DNA from: an uncultured Pelotomaculum sp.
Lineage (GTDB): Bacteria; Bacillota; Desulfotomaculia; Desulfotomaculales; Pelotomaculaceae
Direction: 5' to 3'
DNA length: 64,000 nucleotides
NCBI GenBank assembly: GCA_964543575.1
Contig: CAZIYV010000001.1
Span: 1,408-65,407 of the forward strand
Below are positions 56,128 through 64,000 of this stretch, piece by piece (position 1 is the stretch's first letter; each line of letters begins with the position of its first letter). The notes under the pieces were generated by a model, which worked only from the letters and a program-made list of their open reading frames with translations, was not told where the DNA came from and ran no database searches. The position numbers and the translations under genes were made by a program.

Positions 56128-58908
56128 TTGTCCAGGGGTATTAAAGGAATTATTAGAAAGTTAAGCCTGCTGCTGGTCGTTATAATGGTTGCGGCGGGGC
56201 TGTTCGCGGCGCCTGGCATTAATGCAGCCAGGGCGGCAGGCTCATCGGCAGCCAGCGCCGTGCAGTTTCTCCAGAACGATTACACGGCTAACGGGCTGAA
56301 CAACGCCGACGGCGGGGTGGGCTCCTATGCCCTTTATGTGCTGAATCAGGCGGGAGTTGATGTCAGCGCCTGGAAGTATAATGGAACCAGTCTCGAAGAC
56401 GCGGTAGTAAGCGCGATAAATGTTGATTTATTAAACTCAGGAGCATCCGCCAAGCTTCTGGTCCAGGACCTGGCGGCGGCAAAGTCGCTGGGGAGAGACA
56501 GCCTGTCTGCCCAGCTGGCGCAGGTACTGCAGGGCAGACAGAGCAACACGGGATTCGACAGCAACTCTTACAGCGACATACCGGCCTATGACCTTTTGGG
56601 CCGGGCAGGCGCAATTAGTGAGATAAATGCTGACTTTGGGAAGGGCTGCATTTTAGCGGCGCAGAACACAACAGTCGGCGACGCTGCCTACGGCAGCTTT
56701 GGCGGTGAATACGACGGAATATTTTATCCCGACTTCATGACCACGGCCGAAGCAGTGCGGGCGCTTAATTACTTGGACACTGCCAAGAGCGATGCCCAGG
56801 TACAGACAGCCATCAATAACGGCCTGGACTGGATCCAGAAACAGCAGCAGGACGACGGCAGCTTCACGGGGTCGGCATGGGATGACCCGGTTGTTGACAC
56901 TTCAGAAGTAATTATTACCTTAGATGTGCTGGGTATGGATCTCGCCGGCTGGGAAAGCAGCGCCGGCAATACTGCCGTTGACTACATGATGAACGAGGCC
57001 CTTAACGATGACGGGAGCTTCGGAACGTCAAAGAACGTTATGGATGCCACCTGGGCGCTCTGCGCATATAATATGATGGATGCCCAGTTTTACCTGGATC
57101 CCTCCAGCGTGGACTTAAAGGTTGGCGGCACGGCGCAGCTGTCGGCGTCATGGCAAAATAATGAAGGGACAACTGATGTAACGCAGGCAGCCCAGTGGAC
57201 TGCGGCCGACAGCAGCATTGCTTCGGTCGACAGCAGTGGCCTGGTCACCGCTCTCAAAGAAGGCGAAACGGAAGTCTATGCAGTTTATGGCGGGCTGACG
57301 GCAACGGCTGCTGTGACCGTGAGTTCCTCAACTAACGGCGGAGGGGGTGACGGGTCAGAAGTAATGGTTAGTCTGGCCGTGGTGGGATCGAACAAGGTTC
57401 TTTTATATGGCCCCTCAACTGTCTCTGTGAATGAGACAAATAAATGGGGGCTCACCGCATTGGGCGCACTGGACGCCTCCGGCATTTCCTACACGACCTC
57501 CTCGTGGTCATACGGCGATCTGGTGAATTCAATCAAAGGGCTGGCCAACAGCGGCCTGTCCGGCTGGATGTATACCGTTAACGGTTCAAATCCGGGTGTC
57601 GGAGCTGATAAATATAAAATTAAAAACAAAAACAAGATTATTTTTTATTACAGCGAAAGCATGGATCAGAAGCCTCCCCAATGGGACGAGCTGGAAGGTT
57701 TTTCTGCCGGCGGTGGTGGTGTTGTTGCCGCTTCTGACGATCTGCCTGACCCTGTGACCGACACTGACTTAAAAGCTGCTCTCAGGAATGCCGGCAGTGC
57801 CGGCCAGGTTGCCCTGCAGGCGGCTGATGATGAAACCTCACTGGCACTTTCCAGCGATCAGATAACTGAAGTATTGAGTAAAGACAAACCGCTGGCTGTT
57901 ACCATTCAGGGTGTGCAGATCATCCTGTCGCCGGAAAGCCTGGAAGTACCGGAGCTGAAAGATGAGGATGCGGCTTTCTTACAGTTCAAAGTCGAGAAAT
58001 TAAGCAGCGAGGATGTCCAAAGCCTGGCAAATCCCTCTGCTGTCATGTTGAAGCTGGCCGGCGATGTTTACGAACTAACCATCCAGGTTGTAAATGAAGA
58101 AGGCACGCTGCAGGAAATTGAGGAGTTCCCTACCTGCACTGTACTGCTGCCTGTACCGGCAGGTCTGGAAGATGCGGCTGCCGCCGGCAGTTTAATGGCT
58201 TATTTATACAATGAGGATAGTGAAGCGTGGGAAAAAGCCGGCGGCACATATGACGCGGCCGGCGCTGCCATCGGCTTTAATGTCAGTCACTTCAGCAAGT
58301 ATGCCCTGCTGGAAACTGTTCCCCAGCCTGTGGAGAAGGTTGCTTTCAATGATATCGTTGGACACTGGGCGCAGGAGGAAATTGAGTATATGGCAGCGAA
58401 AGGTTACGTGGCTGGTGTAGGCAGCAGTGAATTCGCGCCGGATGCCGGGATTACACGGGCTGAATTCTCCGCCATCCTGGCCCGCATGGCCGGCCTGATG
58501 GACGATGCCGCTGCCGCTGCGCGCTTCAGCGACGTGCCGGCCGGCGCCTGGTACCAGGGCACGGTGGGCGCCGCGACCACCGCCGGCTTGGTGTACGGAA
58601 CGTCTGAAAACAGCTTTATGCCAGGTGAGCCGGTCACCCGCGAGCAGATGGCGGCTATGATAGTACGATTTATGTCTAAGAATAGCGCAGATATGGCTGT
58701 CGGTGATACCGGTGCAGCTGAACTGCTGGCAGGATTCAGCGACAGTGCGGATATTTCACCCTGGGCCTGTTCGCCAGTGGCCCTGGCGGTCAGGGAGGGG
58801 CTGATGGCCGGACGGGAAAGCGGTATGTTTGTGCCGCGCGGCAGCGCTACCAGGGCGGAGGCGACCGTGGTGCTGTACCGGGTGATGCAGAAAGAAACAA
58901 TTGAGTAA
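56128..58908 (+). CDS. S-layer-anchored protein: alpha/alpha barrel + Ig-like (Big_2) + DUF4430 + three SLH domains
   Basis: Signal peptide; barrel paralogous to 54490; WTAADSSIASVDSSGLVTALKEGET (Big_2); VNSIKGLANSGLSGWMYTVNG..KIIFYY (DUF4430); C-terminal SLH repeats. Confidence 0.85.
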   Translation: MSRGIKGIIRKLSLLLVVIMVAAGLFAAPGINAARAAGSSAASAVQFLQNDYTANGLNNADGGVGSYALYVLNQAGVDVSAWKYNGTSLEDAVVSAINVDLLNSGASAKLLVQDLAAAKSLGRDSLSAQLAQVLQGRQSNTGFDSNSYSDIPAYDLLGRAGAISEINADFGKGCILAAQNTTVGDAAYGSFGGEYDGIFYPDFMTTAEAVRALNYLDTAKSDAQVQTAINNGLDWIQKQQQDDGSFTGSAWDDPVVDTSEVIITLDVLGMDLAGWESSAGNTAVDYMMNEALNDDGSFGTSKNVMDATWALCAYNMMDAQFYLDPSSVDLKVGGTAQLSASWQNNEGTTDVTQAAQWTAADSSIASVDSSGLVTALKEGETEVYAVYGGLTATAAVTVSSSTNGGGGDGSEVMVSLAVVGSNKVLLYGPSTVSVNETNKWGLTALGALDASGISYTTSSWSYGDLVNSIKGLANSGLSGWMYTVNGSNPGVGADKYKIKNKNKIIFYYSESMDQKPPQWDELEGFSAGGGGVVAASDDLPDPVTDTDLKAALRNAGSAGQVALQAADDETSLALSSDQITEVLSKDKPLAVTIQGVQIILSPESLEVPELKDEDAAFLQFKVEKLSSEDVQSLANPSAVMLKLAGDVYELTIQVVNEEGTLQEIEEFPTCTVLLPVPAGLEDAAAAGSLMAYLYNEDSEAWEKAGGTYDAAGAAIGFNVSHFSKYALLETVPQPVEKVAFNDIVGHWAQEEIEYMAAKGYVAGVGSSEFAPDAGITRAEFSAILARMAGLMDDAAAAARFSDVPAGAWYQGTVGAATTAGLVYGTSENSFMPGEPVTREQMAAMIVRFMSKNSADMAVGDTGAAELLAGFSDSADISPWACSPVALAVREGLMAGRESGMFVPRGSATRAEATVVLYRVMQKETIE

Positions 58909-58917
58909 ACTAGTTTT

Positions 58918-58951
58918 AACACGGGAGCGGGTGTGATCCTGCTCCTGTGTT
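58918..58951 (+). terminator. Intra-operon stem-loop (weak terminator or mRNA stabiliser)
   Basis: AACACGGGAGCGGG-tgtgat-CCTGCTCCTGTGTT, with no strong U-tract. Confidence 0.5.
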
Positions 58952-58979
58952 ATGCTGTATCTGACAACGAGGTGATTTT

Positions 58980-59636
58980 ATGAAGCGCAAGCTCATTTAT
59001 GTTATTGCTTTTCTTGTTATTCTGGGCGTGGTAATTGGGCCGGCCCTTTACATGCAAAAGGTATTTAGCTCCGACCAGCAAAATAAACAGGTGGAGAGTA
59101 CCGGCGCCAATAGCGGAGTAAGTGCCGGAGCAGCCGACAAGGAACAGCCTGCCGCTGAAACAAAACAGGTCGTGACGACGCCGGCGCAGCAGGCGGCCGC
59201 ACCGGACAGCGTTTCCCGGGAAGATGCGGCGACTGCCCGGATTCCGGGAGATACCGCGTCGGCGCCGCCGCCTGCGGCGTCGGCGCCTGAGAGCGGCTGC
59301 ATGGTGGGGATCGCCATAGTGGGCAAAAACGGCGAACAGCTTTTCCATGCCGGTCAGGTCCTTGTGAAAAAGGACAATAAGTGGGGAATTACCGCTCTGG
59401 GCGCCCTTGACGCCAGCGGTGTTTCTTATACCACGTCCCCGACCTGGCCCGATTTTGTTTACTCTATCAGCGGACAGGCCAACAGCGGTGTGTCAGGCTG
59501 GATGTATTCAGTGAACGGTGATGTCCCCATGCATATGGCCGACAAGCACCCGGTGAAAGCGGGGGACAGGGTGATCTGGTGGTACAGCAACAGCATGGAA
59601 CAGCCACAGCCGCTGTGGGATGATCTGACTAAATAA
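58980..59636 (+). CDS. Membrane-anchored DUF4430 protein
   Basis: N-terminal TM helix, Ala/Pro-rich linker, then NKWGITALGALDASG..SGWMYSVNG..VIWWYS, close to the DUF4430 segment of 56128. Confidence 0.85.
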   Translation: MKRKLIYVIAFLVILGVVIGPALYMQKVFSSDQQNKQVESTGANSGVSAGAADKEQPAAETKQVVTTPAQQAAAPDSVSREDAATARIPGDTASAPPPAASAPESGCMVGIAIVGKNGEQLFHAGQVLVKKDNKWGITALGALDASGVSYTTSPTWPDFVYSISGQANSGVSGWMYSVNGDVPMHMADKHPVKAGDRVIWWYSNSMEQPQPLWDDLTK

Positions 59637-59656
59637 TTAACAAAGGGGCGGCAGAT

Positions 59657-60586
59657 TTGTTCGACGAGCTATACTACCAGGGAAAAGGACTATTTTTGCA
59701 GAGCTTCCACCCGGCTGCGGTCCTGGTATACCTTTTTGTACTCCTTGTGCTCAGCCTGCTTTACGACAATCCCCTTTACCTCCTGTCTCTGCTGCTCCTG
59801 CTGGCCCTCTTAATTAAAGGAGTGGACGGCATGGAAGCCTGGGAGGGTTTTTTAAAAGCGGGTGTCTTTTTGATGCTTATGGTCATGGTTATCAACCCGC
59901 TGGTGATCAGGGCCGGATCCACAATTATCTGGCACGGACCTGTTTTGCCTTTTCTGGGCCGGCTGGACATATCAATGGAAGCCATTTATTTTGGGGCTGT
60001 CTCCGGCCTCAGGCTGCTGGTGATCATGAGCATCTTCTGTCTTTACAACCTGATGGTCAATCCGGATAATGTGCTGAACCTCTTTTCAAAAGCAGCCGGC
60101 AAATCGGTGCTGATGATCGCCCTGGCCACGCGGATGTTTCCCACGATGGTCAGGGACCTGAAGCGGATCAGGGAAGTGCTGCAGTTCCGCGGCGTCGATT
60201 TCGACGAGGGTAATTTGTGGCAAAGGGCGAAGAAGTATTCAGGCCTTTACAATGTCATGCTGCTGTCCTCTCTGGAGGATTCCATGGAGATAGCCGAATC
60301 TATGCAGGCCAGGGCTTATGGCAGCGGCAGGCGCTCGGTTTACAGCCGGAGCCTGCTGCGACCCAGGGATTACCTCAGCGCCGGCGGCAGCCTGCTGGCT
60401 CTGTTAGCCGCGATCTGGGGCCTGCAATACGGGTGCGGCCAGTACGCCTTTTACCCGGCGGCCGACGTCCTGATCAAAGGCAGATCGACTCTCGTTGCCC
60501 TGGCTGCTGTGCTTTTTTACCTGTCTGTGCCGCTTATTTTGAGTGAGGGGTGGAAGAATTGCCGCTTTTTGAAGTCGAAAATCTAA
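59657..60586 (+). CDS. ECF transporter T component
   Basis: HPA, RMFP, QFRG and AESMQARAYG motifs. Confidence 0.9.
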   Translation: MFDELYYQGKGLFLQSFHPAAVLVYLFVLLVLSLLYDNPLYLLSLLLLLALLIKGVDGMEAWEGFLKAGVFLMLMVMVINPLVIRAGSTIIWHGPVLPFLGRLDISMEAIYFGAVSGLRLLVIMSIFCLYNLMVNPDNVLNLFSKAAGKSVLMIALATRMFPTMVRDLKRIREVLQFRGVDFDEGNLWQRAKKYSGLYNVMLLSSLEDSMEIAESMQARAYGSGRRSVYSRSLLRPRDYLSAGGSLLALLAAIWGLQYGCGQYAFYPAADVLIKGRSTLVALAAVLFYLSVPLILSEGWKNCRFLKSKI

Positions 60587-62262
60587 CCTATTTTTATTCT
60601 GAAACTGAAAAAGCCGCGCTGGACGATATCAGCCTGGAAATTGGCGATGGTGAGTTCGTCCTGGTGGCGGGCGGCTCCGGCTCGGGTAAGTCCTCGCTGG
60701 CCAGGGCGCTGGCGGGGTTGATCCCCGATTTTTACGGCGGCCGGATCGGCGGCAGGGTGCTTTTTAGAGGGCGGGACTTCAGGGCGATGGACCGCAGAAA
60801 GCTGGCCAGGGAAGTGGGCATGGTCTTCCAGGACCCGGAAAAGCAGATCGTGCAGACCCATGTCGAGGCGGAAATTGCCTTTGGCCTGGAGAACCTGGGG
60901 TTGGATAATGAAGAGATGCTGCGCCGGGTGGCCGAGGTGATCTGCTTCACGAACCTGGAGCAGATCAGGGATGCCTTTACGGCCAACCTGTCCGGCGGCC
61001 AGAAGCAGAAGCTGGCGCTGGCCTCCGTCCTGGCCATGCAGCCGCACGTGCTGGTCCTTGATGAGCCAACTTCGCAGCTGGATCCCGTCTCGGCGGAAGA
61101 GATCCTCAACCTGGTTAAGCGGCTTAACGAGGAAATGGGTTTTACGGTGATCATGATCGAGCAGCGGCTGGAGCGGTGCTACCACCTGGCGGACCGGGTC
61201 CTGCTAATGGAAAAAGGCAGAATTACCTGTGACGGGACTGCCCGGGAGGTGGCCCGTAAAACTATTAAAGGATGCACGCCTTTCGTGCCGCCGGTGGCCA
61301 GGTTTTTTGCCGGTCTGGACGTCCCGTCGGTGCCACTGACGGTCAAGGAGGGCAGGAAACTGCTGCGGTCCTGTCTAAAAGATATTAAGCCTGCACTGGA
61401 TAGGCAGCCCGGCTTACACCTAAGTGGTATCCGCGGCGCCGACCAGGCGGTATGTAGTAGCGCTGTCACCCTGAAAAACCTGTGGTTTACCTACCCGGGC
61501 GGGCAGGAGGTTTTAAAGGACGTCAGCATAGATATTAAGGAAGGGGAATTTGTAGCTGTCCTGGGCGAAAACGGCGCGGGTAAGTCGACAATGCTCAGGC
61601 AGTTAACCGGCATGCTCAAACCGGACCGGGGCAGTGTCGAGGTGCTGGGGAGAGACATGAGCAGGAACGGGTTCAAGGAGATCAGGAGGCATACCGCGTA
61701 CCTGTCCCAGAACCCCAATGACTATCTTTTTCAGGACACCGTGGAGGACGAGCTTCTATTCACTCTGAAGAATTTCGGCTTAAAAAATTTATATATTGTC
61801 GATGAGATGCTGGAAAAATTTCATCTGTCACAGTATCGCAAGACCAATCCGCGGGACCTCAGTAGCGGTGAGAGGCAGCGGGTTGCTTTAGCCTCGGTAC
61901 TGGTCACCGGGCCCAAGCTGATCATCCTGGACGAGCCGACCAGGGGGATTGATTTCCGCCTGAAGGCGGAACTGGGCAGACTGCTGCAGCAGGAGGCGGA
62001 AAGAGGCTGCACGGTGATCGTGGTGACCCACGACGTGGAGTTTGCCGCCGAGTACGCTGCCCGGGCGGTGATGATGTTTGCGGGTAGGATTGTCAGCGAC
62101 GGGGAAAAGCATGATGTGCTGGGCAAATCAGTGTTTTATTCTCCCCAGATGGGCAAGATGTGCCGGGGCATCTGTGACGGGGTGCTCACTTTTGCCGAGG
62201 CGAAAGAGAGGATCTACCCCTTGCCGGCAGCGGGGCGGAACGACTTGATAGCACAGGAGTGA
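60550..62262 (+). CDS. ECF transporter fused double ATPase (A-A')
   Basis: Two Walker A motifs (GSGSGKS, GENGAGKST); LSGGQKQ and LSSGERQ. Confidence 0.92.
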   Translation: MEELPLFEVENLTYFYSETEKAALDDISLEIGDGEFVLVAGGSGSGKSSLARALAGLIPDFYGGRIGGRVLFRGRDFRAMDRRKLAREVGMVFQDPEKQIVQTHVEAEIAFGLENLGLDNEEMLRRVAEVICFTNLEQIRDAFTANLSGGQKQKLALASVLAMQPHVLVLDEPTSQLDPVSAEEILNLVKRLNEEMGFTVIMIEQRLERCYHLADRVLLMEKGRITCDGTAREVARKTIKGCTPFVPPVARFFAGLDVPSVPLTVKEGRKLLRSCLKDIKPALDRQPGLHLSGIRGADQAVCSSAVTLKNLWFTYPGGQEVLKDVSIDIKEGEFVAVLGENGAGKSTMLRQLTGMLKPDRGSVEVLGRDMSRNGFKEIRRHTAYLSQNPNDYLFQDTVEDELLFTLKNFGLKNLYIVDEMLEKFHLSQYRKTNPRDLSSGERQRVALASVLVTGPKLIILDEPTRGIDFRLKAELGRLLQQEAERGCTVIVVTHDVEFAAEYAARAVMMFAGRIVSDGEKHDVLGKSVFYSPQMGKMCRGICDGVLTFAEAKERIYPLPAAGRNDLIAQE

Positions 62263-62266
62263 AAAT

Positions 62267-62896
62267 GTGATGGGTAGCAACTGGGGACTTTACATAACAA
62301 TGGGCGGCATTTTCGCCGTCGCCCTGCTCATGCTCGGCATGGAGAAAAAGGCAGGACTTAACGCGCGGCAGGTATCGCTCATTGCCATGCTGGCCGCATT
62401 GTGCGCTGCGGGCAGGGCGGTGACCGGCGTTGCGCTACTCTTTCTGCAGCCTACCATGTTCCTGGTCCAGGTGACGGGGTTTGTCTTTGGCGCGCGGACC
62501 GGCTTCTTTGTGGGGGCGATGACGCCTTTGATTTCCAACTTCTTTATCGGCCAGGGCCCTTGGACCCCCTGGCAGATGATCTGCTGGGGGCTGGTGGGCA
62601 TTTCCGGCGCGGCGGTCAGGGTTCTGTTTCCCGGGGCGGGTAATAAAACCATGATCGCGCTGTGCTTTTTCTGGGGCTACCTTTACGGCGCCGTTATGGA
62701 CATCTGGCAGTGGAGCGTCTTTCTCAGCCCGTTGACGTTTAAGTCTTATTTTCTACTCTGGCTGGCGGGCTTCAGCTTTGATTCCCTGCGCGCTGTCGGC
62801 AACCTGTTCTTTTGCGCCGCCCTGGGCAGCCAGTCGGTTAAAATACTGCGGTACTTCCATAAAAAGATGGATGTCCGCTACCTGGATAATTTATAA
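62267..62896 (+). CDS. ECF S component (CbrT-like, probably corrinoid-specific)
   Basis: AALCAAGR, QP, SNFFIGQGPWTPWQM..WG and FD..RA.GN motifs; B12 riboswitch operon. Confidence 0.82.
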   Translation: MMGSNWGLYITMGGIFAVALLMLGMEKKAGLNARQVSLIAMLAALCAAGRAVTGVALLFLQPTMFLVQVTGFVFGARTGFFVGAMTPLISNFFIGQGPWTPWQMICWGLVGISGAAVRVLFPGAGNKTMIALCFFWGYLYGAVMDIWQWSVFLSPLTFKSYFLLWLAGFSFDSLRAVGNLFFCAALGSQSVKILRYFHKKMDVRYLDNL

Positions 62897-62917
62897 GGGG
62901 GTTTAGTTTATTTGAAG

Positions 62918-64000
62918 ATGAAAAAGGGCCTGCTGTTAATATTTATCTCGCTGCTCTTCTGCGCCGCTACGCCGGGAGCGCTTATTACCGGGGAGGCGGC
63001 TGCGGTTACGCCGCCCGAGGTGGAGTGGTCCTACACCTTTGAAGAGGGGGAGGGTCACTTTGTGGAGCAGACAAAGGACGGGGGCCTTATTTTGACCGGC
63101 TGGATTGAGTCAGGCGGGGCCGGCTCCGACGTTTTCCTCGCTAAGTACGACGGCGGCGGTAGCAGGTTATGGTTCAACACTCACAGGGGCAATGGTTACA
63201 GTGACAGCCACTGTGTCAGGGAGGTCAGCGGCGGCGGTTTCATTATTGTTGGCGAAACGAAGTCCAGGGACGCGTATGACCATGATGTGTACGTGGTGCG
63301 CACGGACGGGAAGGGCGGGCTGCTGTGGGAAAAAACATTCGGCGGGGTGCGCTGTGACTATGCCTGGTCCGTCCAGCAGACAAAAGACGGTGGCTTTATC
63401 ATTGCTGGAGGGACGGAGTCCTTCGGCGCCGGGATATATGATGTCTACTTGATTAAACTGGACGCTTCCGGCAACGAGATCTGGGAAAAAACATACGGCG
63501 GGGCCGGTTCCGACTGTGGCTACGCCGTGCTGCAGCTTGACGACGGGGGGTACCTCATCGCAGGGAACGCGGAGTCTTATGGCACGGGCAATCCTGATGT
63601 GTATCTCCTGAAGACGGACAGCGATGGAAATATGGCCTGGCAGAAGACATACGGCGGCAGCGGTTCGGAATACGGCTGGTCCCTGTTGGAAGCAGTTGAT
63701 AACGGGTATGTAATTGCCGGGGAGAAGGAAATTGCCGGTGACCAGGGTGGCGTATTTGCGGCTTACCTACTGAAAGTCGACACTGATGGCAATGAACTCT
63801 GGGAAAATACGTACGGTAGCGGGAAAGGCAGTTCGTTCTACGGCGCCTGCCTGGCGGGAGACGGCTATGTCTTGACGGGCAAGAGAGAGTCCGCTGGCGG
63901 CTACGACCTTTACGTGGTTAAAACTGATCAGGAAGGCAGCCCGGGCTGGGAGAAAACGGTGGATGGCGCCGGCTCCAACAGCGCTTACGCCGCTGCGCAG
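62918..64000 (+). CDS. Secreted beta-propeller repeat protein; partial, runs off the right edge
   Basis: Not in the ORF track. Starts MKKGLLLIFISLLFCAATPGA, then repeated WEKTYGG...QT.DGG(F/Y)IIAG..ES.G.G..DVYL.K.D..GN units. Confidence 0.82.
   Translation, partial: MKKGLLLIFISLLFCAATPGALITGEAAAVTPPEVEWSYTFEEGEGHFVEQTKDGGLILTGWIESGGAGSDVFLAKYDGGGSRLWFNTHRGNGYSDSHCVREVSGGGFIIVGETKSRDAYDHDVYVVRTDGKGGLLWEKTFGGVRCDYAWSVQQTKDGGFIIAGGTESFGAGIYDVYLIKLDASGNEIWEKTYGGAGSDCGYAVLQLDDGGYLIAGNAESYGTGNPDVYLLKTDSDGNMAWQKTYGGSGSEYGWSLLEAVDNGYVIAGEKEIAGDQGGVFAAYLLKVDTDGNELWENTYGSGKGSSFYGACLAGDGYVLTGKRESAGGYDLYVVKTDQEGSPGWEKTVDGAGSNSAYAAAQ

Noticed and set aside
54490-58908. Squalene-hopene cyclase or hopanoid pathway (QW-like repeats plus the HpnJ-like gene)
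   Set aside because: The barrels are single, secreted and SLH-anchored, I found no DXDD catalytic motif, and no other hpn genes are present.
63105-63452. 115-aa ORF
   Set aside because: It is an out-of-frame overlap within the beta-propeller gene at 62918..64000.
1-64000. CRISPR arrays, IS/transposases, integrases, prophage genes, rRNA
   Set aside because: I saw no regularly spaced repeats, terminal inverted repeats or matching protein motifs; the other short ORFs in the track are mostly shadows of longer genes.

Overview
A 64 kb window from an anaerobic, spore-forming Firmicute; gene content and strong GGAGG ribosome-binding sites suggest Peptococcaceae (Pelotomaculum/Desulfotomaculum-like), which is an inference. 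It has four blocks. (1) About 1-38 kb is a large surface-glycan island. It holds a PglB-type phosphoglycosyltransferase-acetyltransferase fusion, GT2 and GT4 glycosyltransferases, Wzm/Wzt and three B12-dependent radical SAM enzymes. It also has a GDP-heptose pathway extended by a Cj1427-like 4-dehydrogenase, a His-type PLP 3-dehydrase and a ThDP two-subunit enzyme. Its core looks archaeal: geranylgeranyl reductase, DUF1616, a CPBP intramembrane protease, a tiny Thr-rich two-helix membrane protein, a DPM1-like GT2 and DUF2206. Six intergenic sites match the sporulation sigma-K promoter pattern, four with exact spacing. (2) 38-40 kb has a small membrane protein and a subtilisin. (3) 40-49 kb has an aldehyde:ferredoxin oxidoreductase, a split urea-carboxylase/LamA-like system with LamB/PxpA, a SatP-like channel and an enhancer-binding protein lacking GAFTGA. 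(4) 49-64 kb has cbiMQO behind a candidate attenuator. Divergent from it is a cobalamin-riboswitch operon: an ABC-2 pair with apparently non-canonical start codons, SLH-anchored transcobalamin-like proteins (alpha-barrel and DUF4430 domains), an ECF T/AA'/S module and a secreted beta-propeller. I saw no tRNA, rRNA, CRISPR array or IS element. All family calls come from motif recognition by eye; no database searches were run.
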